Assembly (NCBI GenBank): GCA_963665095.1
Contig: OY762069.1
Location: 5,280,001 to 5,344,000 of the forward strand
Length of the DNA stretch: 64,000 nucleotides
DNA from: an uncultured Desulfobacter sp.
GTDB taxonomy: Bacteria; Desulfobacterota; Desulfobacteria; Desulfobacterales; Desulfobacteraceae
Direction of reading: 5' to 3'
Position numbers and translations under genes: made by a program. Below, one piece after another: positions 38,709 through 48,455 of the stretch. Position 1 is the stretch's first letter; every line of letters starts with the position of its first letter. The notes beneath the pieces are model-generated. The model did no database searches, was not told the origin of the DNA, and saw only the letters and a program-made list of their open reading frames with translations.

Positions 38709-39530
38709 ATGACAGAAGAAGAATTCAAAGAGATTACTTTTGATGGGTTTGAGCAGTACCGCTCGGCAAACAAAGAGGCTGATTACTGGATAGTTGACGT
38801 CCGGCAGGCGCGCGAATATAAGGCCGGCCATGTTCCCGGAGCCAGACTGATCCCCCTTAATACTTTAGGTAGCCGGCTGGCGGAAATTCCATTGGACAAA
38901 GATCTGTTTTTTTACTGCCGCAGCGGCGCCCGCTCTGAAGTGGCCGGCATTATGGCTGCTGAAAGCGGCAGGGACTGGGAGAAAACCTATAATATTACAG
39001 GCGGCTTTCGCTCACACCAGGGGCATTCCCTGGAAGGCGTTCCCCGCCTCCAGGTCTTTGACGAGAAAGAGAGCGAAAATAAACTGCTGTACCAGGCAAT
39101 GGAACTGGAAAAAGCAGCTGAACGGTTTTATGAAACAATTCTTTCATCTGCCCCGGAAGAAAAATTATCTGAAACCCTTGAAGTACTGGCAAAGGCAGAA
39201 AAAGTCCATGCCAGAACTATTTACAAATACTGGAAAGAAACAGTTGAAAAACCAGACCCGTTTGAAGATATCTATGGCAGGTTACAAGGCGATATTCTTG
39301 AAAATGGCCAGCCCCTTTCCGAAGTGACAGCCGCTATTCATGTCGGCGGAAAGCTGAGCTGGATTGACGTGATAGAAAGGGCATTATCCATTGAGATCCA
39401 GGCATATGACCTTTACCGGAGCATGGCAGACCGGCAAAGTGACAGCACCGCGCGGGATGCATTTCTCTCCATTGCCCAGATGGAGAAAGCGCATATGAAA
39501 ATGGTCGCTGGAATGGTCGGGGATGGTTAA
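38709..39530 (+). CDS. Rhodanese domain fused to rubrerythrin/ferritin-like domain
   Basis: DVR..EY..GHVPGA, YCRSGARS; E..A..FY, EKVH, E..AY.LY, EKAH. Confidence 0.82.
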   Translation: MTEEEFKEITFDGFEQYRSANKEADYWIVDVRQAREYKAGHVPGARLIPLNTLGSRLAEIPLDKDLFFYCRSGARSEVAGIMAAESGRDWEKTYNITGGFRSHQGHSLEGVPRLQVFDEKESENKLLYQAMELEKAAERFYETILSSAPEEKLSETLEVLAKAEKVHARTIYKYWKETVEKPDPFEDIYGRLQGDILENGQPLSEVTAAIHVGGKLSWIDVIERALSIEIQAYDLYRSMADRQSDSTARDAFLSIAQMEKAHMKMVAGMVGDG

Positions 39531-39800
39531 AAGGATCATCAGAGTTAATTGGTCCACCGAGGTACAGAATTTAAAATTCAAAACTGGCAAAATATTCGTG
39601 AAGACTCCAGTGACAGTAGTCAATTCCAATGGCGTTATACCGATAATATAATAGTAAGTGGAAACAGGTAATTCTTTCCATCGCCGTTTCATCCCGGGGG
39701 AAAATCCTGCCCTGAAAATTCGAAATTTAAGAAGTTGTAAATGAGTTTCAATAAATATAATCTATTGAAATAATATCATTATTTTGCTTTTGCATTTACC

Positions 39801-39816
39801 TGGCATGATGGTTGCT
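39801..39816 (+). promoter_or_regulatory. Sigma54 promoter of fliK-flgD-flgE
   Basis: TGGCAT-GATGG-TTGCT. Confidence 0.8.
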
Positions 39817-39860
39817 TTTTGTTGTGTGAAAGAAATTTACAAAACAATGAAAGGTGAATC

Positions 39861-41798
39861 ATGGCAACAGACGTTTCAGGCATAAATGACCTTCTGTCCA
39901 TCGGAACATCAGGTCTTCTTTCCGGAGGAACTGTTGTAGATGCGATGGGTGGCAGTGAAACGGTATCTGCGTTTCAGGGCCAACTGGACCAGGCCATGCA
40001 GCAGGGCCGGGAAAATGAAAGCGCCGGGGAGACCCTTTCTGTTTTGGATGACAGCGCAACAGAAGCATCCGATACGTCTATAGAGTTGGCTGCCGCGGAG
40101 CCATCGATGAAACGACCCGAGCTGGCCGGTAAAAAAGATGCTGGGCTGTCCACCATCGATAACGCCCGGGTGTATGTCAGGAAAGCCAAAGAGGCTTGTG
40201 AAGATCTGGAAACAGCCCTGGAGGAGAGTGCGGGCACACAGTTTCTTTCAGAGCTGAAAAGTTTTTTTCTATCCCTTTCCAATTGTGATCTGGACAATAT
40301 TTCTCTGGATGAGGACGGGCTTGAGGCCCTCGGAGACATGCTTGTCCAGGCTGGTTTTGATCAGGCTGCAGTGGAAGAGTTGATATCTGATCTGACCCTC
40401 ACCCTGGATGCCTCAAACGGAACTATCACCGTGTCCGAATTTATGGATAGTCTGTTTGATCTGCCGGCGGCGGATGAAGCGGATGTCACTGAGGCGGATG
40501 TACTCATGTCCACATCTGATCTGCCCTATATCCAGTCGCTGTTATCCATGATGGGTGTGGATGAGGAAAAAATTTCCGCGATCATGGATGAGGTATCCCA
40601 GGGTACGCGCGGATTTAATTTTGAAGCCTTTATTGAACAGCTTGAACAGCTTTTTGATGGGGCTGAAGAGACTGGTAGCTCGTATCTGGGCTCTCTTTTT
40701 CAAACGGATGCCAATGATGATTCATATGTCACCCTGCTTGAGCAGCTTGGCCTTGCCGCCTTTGTTGAGGAAGACGGACCCTTGACTTTAAGCCAGCTCA
40801 TTAATGCCTTTGAACAGAAATTTGACCAGCAGAAAGAGGATCTGGATTTGTCTGCTCAGGCGGATGATACGCTATCACTTTTTTCCGACACAGGTGCACT
40901 TTCAACAGACAGCGGCCGGCAGGCGCTTTTGAGCCAGTTGCTTTCCGGTATGCAGATTCAGGATTCTGCTCAAGAAAATATTCCGGCCAGCACCGTTGTA
41001 ACCACCGGATCGGATGCCATGACCCAGGAAATTCAGGATTGGTTTCAGACCAGTTTTCTCAACCAGGTCAAATCCTCTGATGCCACAACCCAGTCCATGG
41101 ATGTGGATACGGAGTTGAGTTTAGACCAGACGAACTCACTGTCAATGAATTACAGTGCTCAGAAGGAGGAACCGTCGCATATCCCCCTGAAGATCACCCC
41201 GCTTGAGGCCCCAGTGGGAGAAACTGCCGGTACCGGCACCTCCCAGCAGTCCGGAACCAGTAGTGGCACTGAAACGCAGACCCTGGTTTGGGGGGTGGAG
41301 ACATCCACCACGACCACCGGCGTAAATACATCCGGTACCCAGAAAGTCCACCAGGCCCTTTCCACCCTGCCTGATTTTGTTACCCGCCAGGTGGGAAAAA
41401 GTATTGTCCGGGCCGTCAGTACCGGTGATGACACCATCCGGATGCAGCTTAAGCCCCCTGAACTGGGGCGGGTGTATATGAGTATTGACCACAGCGGCAA
41501 CTCAATGAAGGTCAGCGTAATTACCGAACACCAGTCTGCAAAGGATATCCTGACGGCCAATGTCAATGAAATCAAGACCATCCTCTCCTCTTCGGGCATC
41601 AGCCTGGATAGTTTTGACGTGGATATGAGCAGTGATTTCAGGCAGTCCATGGCCGATGCCCGGGCCAAGGATCAGTCTGCGGGAAAGCGTCAGTCAAAAG
41701 ATGGGTCCGATGGGCAATCCCGGGAAGCCGATGCTGATAATTTAACTGTCCAGACCGCTGACATTTCTGACAGCGGATCTTTGCACTTTGTTGCATAA
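39861..41798 (+). CDS. fliK: Flagellar hook-length control protein
   Basis: Long low-complexity acidic region; C-domain MQLKPPELGRV; precedes flgD. Confidence 0.88.
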   Translation: MATDVSGINDLLSIGTSGLLSGGTVVDAMGGSETVSAFQGQLDQAMQQGRENESAGETLSVLDDSATEASDTSIELAAAEPSMKRPELAGKKDAGLSTIDNARVYVRKAKEACEDLETALEESAGTQFLSELKSFFLSLSNCDLDNISLDEDGLEALGDMLVQAGFDQAAVEELISDLTLTLDASNGTITVSEFMDSLFDLPAADEADVTEADVLMSTSDLPYIQSLLSMMGVDEEKISAIMDEVSQGTRGFNFEAFIEQLEQLFDGAEETGSSYLGSLFQTDANDDSYVTLLEQLGLAAFVEEDGPLTLSQLINAFEQKFDQQKEDLDLSAQADDTLSLFSDTGALSTDSGRQALLSQLLSGMQIQDSAQENIPASTVVTTGSDAMTQEIQDWFQTSFLNQVKSSDATTQSMDVDTELSLDQTNSLSMNYSAQKEEPSHIPLKITPLEAPVGETAGTGTSQQSGTSSGTETQTLVWGVETSTTTTGVNTSGTQKVHQALSTLPDFVTRQVGKSIVRAVSTGDDTIRMQLKPPELGRVYMSIDHSGNSMKVSVITEHQSAKDILTANVNEIKTILSSSGISLDSFDVDMSSDFRQSMADARAKDQSAGKRQSKDGSDGQSREADADNLTVQTADISDSGSLHFVA

Positions 41799-41809
41799 AG
41801 GAGGTAGGT

Positions 41810-42919
41810 ATGTCCGTATCATCAACAAGCTCTGCAGAAGTTCTTTCCAATCTGTCTTCCAGTTATATATCCACCACAGATGAAGACGAGTCCACTGAAG
41901 AGACCCTGGGCAGGGAGGAGTTTTTAACGCTGCTCGTGGCTCAGCTGGAAAATCAGGACCCCCTTAATCCCCAGGAAGGCACCGATTTTACGGCCCAGCT
42001 GGCCGAATATTCCCAGCTGGAGCAGCTGATGAATCTCAACGATACCATGACCTCCATGACCGATGTTTTTGAAACCAGTTCGGAAAGCGACGGGGTATCC
42101 TATATCGGCAGGGAAGTCACCGGATATATTGATTCTCTGGATGTTTCAGACGGTACTGTTACAAGCGGTTTCTACAATCTGTCTGAAGCAGCTGACGTCA
42201 TTGTTGATATATATGATTCCGACGGAAACAAGGTGACCCGGCTTTATGAGGGACAGATGGCTTCCGGTGGCCATTTGCTTACCTGGGACGGCACGGATAG
42301 TTCAGGGGACTCCGTGGCGGACGGTAAATACACCTACACGGTGCTGGCGGATTACGGTAACGGATACGAAGATGTTGAGACCACAGTGACCGGAACAGTG
42401 GATGGTGTGACCTATAACAACGGTACGGCTTACCTGGTGGTTCAGGGCGTACTGGTCTCCATGGATGATATTACCTCCGTGACTGAATTGACCGGTGAAT
42501 CAGAAACTGAGTCCATCATGGACTATCTGGGCAAAGGCATTAAAACATCATCTCCCATTGTCCTTATTGAAGACGGGGAGGTGTCCGGAGAGGACCTCTC
42601 CTTTGAACTGGAGGATGCAGAAGGGGTGACTGTAAAAATTTACGATGCCTATGATGAGCTGGTGAACACACTCACGCTTGATGCCGACGAGGTGGCCGAG
42701 GGAACCAATACCATTCACTGGAACGGCTACAGCTCATCCGGTAGTATTGTCAGTGACGGGCTTTACTACTACACAGTGCTCACCGACTCCGGTGACTACG
42801 CGTCCACGGATGTATCCGGCGAGGTCGAGTCCATCCGCACGGTGAATTCGGTCCAGTATCTGGTAATTGAAGACAGCGGCCGGCTGGTGGCCCTGTCCAA
42901 TGTGGAAGAAATTTATTAG
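41810..42919 (+). CDS. flgD: Flagellar hook capping protein with duplicated Tudor/Ig module
   Basis: FLTLLVAQLENQDPLNP, FTAQLA; two WDG/WNG...DG.Y.YTV modules. Confidence 0.92.
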   Translation: MSVSSTSSAEVLSNLSSSYISTTDEDESTEETLGREEFLTLLVAQLENQDPLNPQEGTDFTAQLAEYSQLEQLMNLNDTMTSMTDVFETSSESDGVSYIGREVTGYIDSLDVSDGTVTSGFYNLSEAADVIVDIYDSDGNKVTRLYEGQMASGGHLLTWDGTDSSGDSVADGKYTYTVLADYGNGYEDVETTVTGTVDGVTYNNGTAYLVVQGVLVSMDDITSVTELTGESETESIMDYLGKGIKTSSPIVLIEDGEVSGEDLSFELEDAEGVTVKIYDAYDELVNTLTLDADEVAEGTNTIHWNGYSSSGSIVSDGLYYYTVLTDSGDYASTDVSGEVESIRTVNSVQYLVIEDSGRLVALSNVEEIY

Positions 42920-42988
42920 CAAAAATAAGCTGGTTGTCCTGATGTAAGGGCCCCCGCAGTAACATAACGATCTTAAGGAGAATTAAAC

Positions 42989-45769
42989 ATGTCATTATCG
43001 AGCTCACTTTATACAGGGACAAGTGGACTGAAAAACATGGGAAACGGTATGCAGGTAGTGGGCAACAATATTGCCAACACCAATACCGTGGGATTTAAAA
43101 GCGGGCGGTCCACCTTTTCCGATACCCTGTATGAAAATGTGGCCACCCAGGCTGGTACGGCCCAGATGGGCCGGGGCATGGCCGTGGGAAGTGTGACCAA
43201 TAATTTTGACCAGGGGTCGTTTGAATCCACCGGCAATACAACGGATCTGTCCATTGGCGGGGATGGCTTCTTCATCGTCCGCCAGAACGGTACAGAAAAT
43301 GATTATTATACAAGGGCCGGTAATTTTTATTTTGATGCGTCAGGCCAGCTGGTGAACCAGGAAGGCTACATTGTCCAGGGCTGGAATCTCGATTCTGAAA
43401 CCGGCGAAGATGTCGGGGCCATCGGCGACCTTGTCCTGGAGGCCTTTACCAGCGCACCCAAGGCCAGTACGGAAATTACCGCCATTACCAACCTGGATGC
43501 CGATGCCATCAGCCAGGCCGTTGTTCTGTCCAATGTATGGGACTCGAGTGCAGATACCTATATCAGCTCTTCAAGCTATGAGTATCAGACCACGGTCAGT
43601 GTGTATGACTCTTTGGGCAGCTCCCATGATATTACGATCTATTATGATAAGAAAAGCGGTACGGAATGGGAATATGTGGTGACCTGCAATCCGGAAGAGG
43701 ATAAGCGCAACCTGGTTCAGGAGACAAACTCTTTAGGGCTTCTGGCCAGGGGGAACATTACATTTTCTGAGAGTTCCGGCGATATTCTGGATCTGACCAT
43801 GGAAGAGTTCACCGGTCGCCTGGGCAATTTTACGGCCAATGGTGTAAACTCCCTGGATGACATTGAGTACAATATTATTGATTATGAATCCATGCCCAAT
43901 GACGGATACGGATTTGAGTTTGAATACGACGGCAGTTCATGGGATTTCGTGGATACCGACGGAGACAATGTCATTACCGCAGCCGATAAGCCGGATAGTT
44001 ACAACACGGCCACCATTATCTATTCCGATGCCACCACCATCCAGATTTCCCTTGACGGGGAAGATGAGGTGGATCTTGAGATCCAGTTGTCCCAGGCTGC
44101 GGTGGCAACCGATTCCCTTGGATTTGACATCAATGCTGAAGAAGACCTGCATATCCAGGGAATTGAAGGCTTAAGCTATTCCGGGGATACAGCCAATGAT
44201 AATACCAGTCTTGCCATCAATGACCCCGGCGTCATGACCCATGATGCCGAAGGCCTTGGCATTGTCTGGAATCCGACAACGGAAACCTGGTACTGGAGCA
44301 ATCCTGAAGTAGCCGATACCGACGGTACTTTGGTGGGAGATGTGACCTTTGACGGCGTGGACCAGACGGCAGCCACAGTTGTCAACGTAACCAGTGCCAC
44401 CGCTTTTGATATGGTGTCTGACGACGTCACCCTGATGGTAGACTACCGGACCAATGAGTGGGACTGGAACATGCCCATTAAAGAGGATGATTTTGCAGAT
44501 GAGGTGTTTGATTTTTCTCCTACCAATAATCCCACATTGAGTATTATTACTGTCGGTTCCCAAGGGGCTGTGGCCTCCCTTGACGCTGCGGGCAACCCCA
44601 CAACAATTACACTGGCATGGGACGGCGCCTCCTGGGTCCCCAGTGCCGGCGGTGGACAGACTCAGATTGTTATTGACGCAACCAATAGCGATGATTCGCA
44701 GGTGCAATTTTATCTCTGGGAGGCGGATGGTTCCGGCACCACGTCCGCAGGAGCCTCAGTAATCCGCTATACCTTTGCGTCGAGCCTGAGCACGGCAGGT
44801 GGAGACAGCCTCACTTTCTCCATTGATCCAACACCTCCCGAGGAGTATCCGGAAGCAGTTCTCTCCACATCCGGTGCCACTACATCCGGCATCGCCATTG
44901 ACTGGAACAACGATGCCACCATGGATATGCAGCTCACCCCCTCTGCCAACGGCACCACTACGCTGGCTGCCGGCCTTACCGCTGTCTTTGATATTGATCC
45001 CAATGTCCCGCCGGAAGAGTATCCCGATGCCACGCTGACCGGAGACCAGACCAAGGTGGTCATTGACCTGGATGATTCCGGCTCCGGGTCTGACGACGAC
45101 ATCGTCTTTACCTTTGAGGATGATCTTAAATACGGCACCAGTACCGATCCCTATGATGACAGAAGTGTCATACACTTTGATATTTTAGGCTCTACTGCAT
45201 GGACCAGCATGGCAGATTCAGATCTGACTACGGACGGTTATTTCAGCTTTATTGCCGATTTTCTGGGTGGCGAATACGGCAGTACGGAGATGGATATCAA
45301 GCTGGATCTTGGCTCCTCCTATGACGGGAACAACTGGATCAACGATTCTTTATCCACCACCCAGTACTCCAAATCCTCATCCACCACCTACCAGGATGCG
45401 GACGGGTATACGGCCGGTGATCTAGAAGGCGTTGATGTGGCCTCCGACGGTACCATGACCGGCTCTTACTCCAACGGGCAGCTCATCCCGCTGTTCCGGG
45501 TGGGGCTTGCCAAATTTTATAATAACTATGGGCTTTATGCCGAGGGCGGTAACCTGTTTTCAGAAACCAATGAAAGCGGTCAGGCCATCACCAACAAGCC
45601 GGGTGAAAACGGTCTTGGCACGATTTCTCCCAACTCCCTTGAGATGTCCAACGTGGATATTGCCGATCAGCTGGTAAAGATGATTGAGATCCAGAGGGGG
45701 TATCAGGGCAACTCCAAGACCATTACTACGGTGGATGAGATGTTACAGACGGTCATCAACATGAAGTAA
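42989..45769 (+). CDS. flgE: Flagellar hook protein, 926 aa with large central insertion
   Basis: GNNIANTNTVGFK, YTRAGNF, VYDSLGSSH, LEMSNVD, QRGYQGNSK. Confidence 0.93.
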   Translation: MSLSSSLYTGTSGLKNMGNGMQVVGNNIANTNTVGFKSGRSTFSDTLYENVATQAGTAQMGRGMAVGSVTNNFDQGSFESTGNTTDLSIGGDGFFIVRQNGTENDYYTRAGNFYFDASGQLVNQEGYIVQGWNLDSETGEDVGAIGDLVLEAFTSAPKASTEITAITNLDADAISQAVVLSNVWDSSADTYISSSSYEYQTTVSVYDSLGSSHDITIYYDKKSGTEWEYVVTCNPEEDKRNLVQETNSLGLLARGNITFSESSGDILDLTMEEFTGRLGNFTANGVNSLDDIEYNIIDYESMPNDGYGFEFEYDGSSWDFVDTDGDNVITAADKPDSYNTATIIYSDATTIQISLDGEDEVDLEIQLSQAAVATDSLGFDINAEEDLHIQGIEGLSYSGDTANDNTSLAINDPGVMTHDAEGLGIVWNPTTETWYWSNPEVADTDGTLVGDVTFDGVDQTAATVVNVTSATAFDMVSDDVTLMVDYRTNEWDWNMPIKEDDFADEVFDFSPTNNPTLSIITVGSQGAVASLDAAGNPTTITLAWDGASWVPSAGGGQTQIVIDATNSDDSQVQFYLWEADGSGTTSAGASVIRYTFASSLSTAGGDSLTFSIDPTPPEEYPEAVLSTSGATTSGIAIDWNNDATMDMQLTPSANGTTTLAAGLTAVFDIDPNVPPEEYPDATLTGDQTKVVIDLDDSGSGSDDDIVFTFEDDLKYGTSTDPYDDRSVIHFDILGSTAWTSMADSDLTTDGYFSFIADFLGGEYGSTEMDIKLDLGSSYDGNNWINDSLSTTQYSKSSSTTYQDADGYTAGDLEGVDVASDGTMTGSYSNGQLIPLFRVGLAKFYNNYGLYAEGGNLFSETNESGQAITNKPGENGLGTISPNSLEMSNVDIADQLVKMIEIQRGYQGNSKTITTVDEMLQTVINMK

Positions 45770-45779
45770 TTTTCTGATT

Positions 45780-45799
45780 TGCGTCAAAACATTGACGCA
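45780..45799. promoter_or_regulatory. Palindromic putative enhancer for a flagellar sigma54 activator
   Basis: TGCGTCAA-AACA-TTGACGCA, about 170 bp upstream of the fliL sigma54 site. Confidence 0.55.
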
Positions 45800-45824
45800 G
45801 CATGAGTGGAAGTGACGTTTTTAC

Positions 45825-45858
45825 ACCGGGAGCCCTGAAGAAGGGTTCCCGGTTTTTT
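45825..45858 (+). terminator. Intrinsic terminator after flgE
   Basis: ACCGGGAGCCCT / AGGGTTCCCGGT followed by a T-tract. Confidence 0.85.
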
Positions 45859-45967
45859 GTCCGGTTCTCTTTTTTATAAATGGTTTTACAAGTCTGCCCT
45901 GTGTTTTCTATAATCTTATTCTGTAATCAGACTGTTTCCCCGTTTAATCAATAAAAGACAATCATGC

Positions 45968-45983
45968 TGGCATAAGGCTTGCT
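45968..45983 (+). promoter_or_regulatory. Sigma54 promoter of the fliL operon
   Basis: TGGCAT-AAGGC-TTGCT. Confidence 0.8.
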
Positions 45984-46080
45984 AATATTCTTGACGTAGT
46001 TCGTTGAATCATGACATTCGCAAAACAGCCCGGAAGGGGCTGTGGGGTCAATGAGCAAAATCGAGGCGTTTGGAGGTGTC

Positions 46081-46674
46081 ATGGCTGAGGATGATATGCT
46101 GGAAGAAATGGAGCGAGATGGATCCGGTAATTCTCCGGAACCGGGTGATGCAGCAGGTAAAAAAGGTTTCCTGGGCAAACTCATGTCGGGAAAGAAAAAG
46201 CTGATCATCATTATTCTGGCTGCTCTATTGTTTCTTGGCGGAACGGGAGCAGGGGTATATATCTTTTTTTTCGGTGGAGAAGAAGAACCTCCCCCTGAGC
46301 AGGCAACCGAAGAGACCGTCACTGAAGAGAGCATTCAGGCTGCTCTGGAAGAACAGAGCAAGGCTATTTTTGAGGATATTGTGATGTTGGAGCCCTTTGA
46401 GCAGATTGCCTTAAAAGCCGGGTCGTACATGCACTTTATCAGTCTGGGCATCAGTCTGGAAATGATGGATCCGGGATTCAGAAGGCAAGTGTATACCATG
46501 GAACCCAGGATCCGGAAAATTATTGAAAATCAGGTTCGGCAAATGAGTTGGGCAGACTTGAGATCCGCCAAAGGGAAACTTGAATTAAAATTTATGTTAT
46601 TAAGCCGGATAAACAACCTATTTCCCAAAGCAGCCATAAGACATATTTATTTTTCTAATTTTATAATGCAGTGA
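46081..46674 (+). CDS. fliL: Flagellar basal-body associated protein
   Basis: GGAGG RBS; KKKLIIII TM segment; GKLELK...RINN, IYFSNFIMQ; precedes fliM. Confidence 0.88.
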   Translation: MAEDDMLEEMERDGSGNSPEPGDAAGKKGFLGKLMSGKKKLIIIILAALLFLGGTGAGVYIFFFGGEEEPPPEQATEETVTEESIQAALEEQSKAIFEDIVMLEPFEQIALKAGSYMHFISLGISLEMMDPGFRRQVYTMEPRIRKIIENQVRQMSWADLRSAKGKLELKFMLLSRINNLFPKAAIRHIYFSNFIMQ

Positions 46675-46681
46675 TGGTGCC

Positions 46682-47680
46682 ATGAGTGAAATTCTATCCC
46701 AGGACGAGGTCGACAGTCTACTTGACGGACTGGATTCCGGAGAAGTAGAAACCGAGACTGATGTACCGGAGATTGTCGAAGAGCCGGTTGAAGGGGTTGT
46801 TGCCTATGATTTCACCAGTCAGGACAAGGTGGTCAGGGCAAGAATGCCCACCTTTGACGTGATTAATGAGCGCCTGTCCAGGGAAGTCCGGGCAACGTTG
46901 TCCTCTCTTTTGCAGACCAACGTGGATGTTTCAGCCAACCCCTTTGATACCCTTAAATTTTCCGAGTTTGTCCGAAGTCTGCCAGTGCCCACCAGTCTGC
47001 ACGTATTCAGGATGGAGCCCTTAAGGGGGCATGGGCTGGTGGTATTTGAAAGCCAGTTGGTCTACAACCTGATAGACACCTTTTTTGGTGGAGAAGCCCT
47101 GGGCAAGGCCCGGGTGGAAGGCCGGGAATTTACCACCATTGAAGAGGTAATGATAAAAAAAGCCGTGGTGGCAGTGCTTAAGAATATCGAGGCCTCCTGG
47201 GTTCCAATAGAGCCGGTCAAGGCATCATTGATCCGGTCGGAGATGAATCCGCAGTTCACGGCCATTGTTCTGCCCACAGATCTGGTTATCGTCACCCGGT
47301 TTGAGATCGAACTGGAGCAGTCTGCGGGCAACCTTGTAGTCTGCTATCCCTATTCCATGATTGAACCCATGCGCAACAAGCTCTCCTCCGGTGTCCAGGC
47401 TGAAATTGAAGAGATTGATTACAACTGGCGGCGGATGATTGAAGATGTGATTGTCAATTCCGATGTTGAGTTAAGAATTCTTCTGGGGAAAACCGAGATT
47501 ACCGGTGAAAAGCTTCTCTATATGCAGCCTGGGGATGTGATTCAGCTGGATAATGATGCATCTGAGCCATTGCCCTGTTTTATCGGCGGGCTGGTGAAAC
47601 TGACAGGTTTCATCGGTGTTCAAAGGGGATTTCAGGCATTTAAAATCAAAGATAAAATTATAACTGATTGTGAGGGATAG
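46682..47680 (+). CDS. fliM: Flagellar motor switch protein
   Basis: MSEILSQDEVDSLL, YDF, REFT.IE, EMNPQF. Confidence 0.96.
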   Translation: MSEILSQDEVDSLLDGLDSGEVETETDVPEIVEEPVEGVVAYDFTSQDKVVRARMPTFDVINERLSREVRATLSSLLQTNVDVSANPFDTLKFSEFVRSLPVPTSLHVFRMEPLRGHGLVVFESQLVYNLIDTFFGGEALGKARVEGREFTTIEEVMIKKAVVAVLKNIEASWVPIEPVKASLIRSEMNPQFTAIVLPTDLVIVTRFEIELEQSAGNLVVCYPYSMIEPMRNKLSSGVQAEIEEIDYNWRRMIEDVIVNSDVELRILLGKTEITGEKLLYMQPGDVIQLDNDASEPLPCFIGGLVKLTGFIGVQRGFQAFKIKDKIITDCEG

Positions 47681-47682
47681 AC

Positions 47683-48027
47683 ATGGTTGATGAAGACGAC
47701 ATTATAAATGAGGATTCCGACCTTGAGTCTGAAAATCTGGAGGAGGAGCGCGGTGCAAGGGAACTGGATTTTATTCTGGATATCCCTCTGGAGCTGTCCG
47801 TGGAGCTGGGCAAAACCAGAATGCTGGTTAATGACCTGCTGCAACTGGCCCAGGGTTCCATCATTGAGCTGAACAAGCTGGCAGGTGAACCCTTGGAAGT
47901 TTACATTAACCGCAAACTCATTGCCAGAGGTGAGGTTGTGGTGGTGAATGAAAAGTTCGGGGTGCGTCTCACCGATGTCATCACGCCCATTGACCGCGTC
48001 AAATCCCTGGCTGCCGAGGAGCAATGA
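47683..48027 (+). CDS. fliN: Flagellar motor switch protein
   Basis: ILDIPLELSVELG, GEVVVVNEKFGVR. Confidence 0.96.
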   Translation: MVDEDDIINEDSDLESENLEEERGARELDFILDIPLELSVELGKTRMLVNDLLQLAQGSIIELNKLAGEPLEVYINRKLIARGEVVVVNEKFGVRLTDVITPIDRVKSLAAEEQ

Positions 48028-48455
48028 ACCCCTCTGCAGATATATGGGTGGAGTTTGCCAAAAGTTTTGGCATGCTCTTTGCCGTTCTGGCATTTTTCCT
48101 TTTGGGGCTTTACCTGGTACGCCGTTTTTCCGGCCGGATAGGGGCCAAAGGATCGGCCGGTCTTATCCAGGTGCTGTCTGTTCACCATCTCTCCCCGAAA
48201 GAGAAGCTGGTGCTGGTGACTGTCCAGGAAAAAACCGTGCTGATCGGGGTTTCCCCGGCGGGGATCTCACGTATTGAGGGATTTGAGAGGGCTGTTGAGA
48301 CAGGCCCTGTACAAAAATCTGCAGTCGGCGGTTTTCAGCATCTGCTTAAAAAAACACTGGTGAAAGAGGGGAAAAATGCCATCTCCCTGCGGGAAAGCCG
48401 CCTTTCCGGTTCAGGTGCCGGCCCGGATAAACCGGATAAAGGGGAGGTGTCATGA
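48024..48455 (+). CDS. fliO: Flagellar biosynthesis protein
   Basis: Single TM, LSPKEKLVLV...LIGVS; between fliN and fliP. Confidence 0.88.
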   Translation: MNPSADIWVEFAKSFGMLFAVLAFFLLGLYLVRRFSGRIGAKGSAGLIQVLSVHHLSPKEKLVLVTVQEKTVLIGVSPAGISRIEGFERAVETGPVQKSAVGGFQHLLKKTLVKEGKNAISLRESRLSGSGAGPDKPDKGEVS

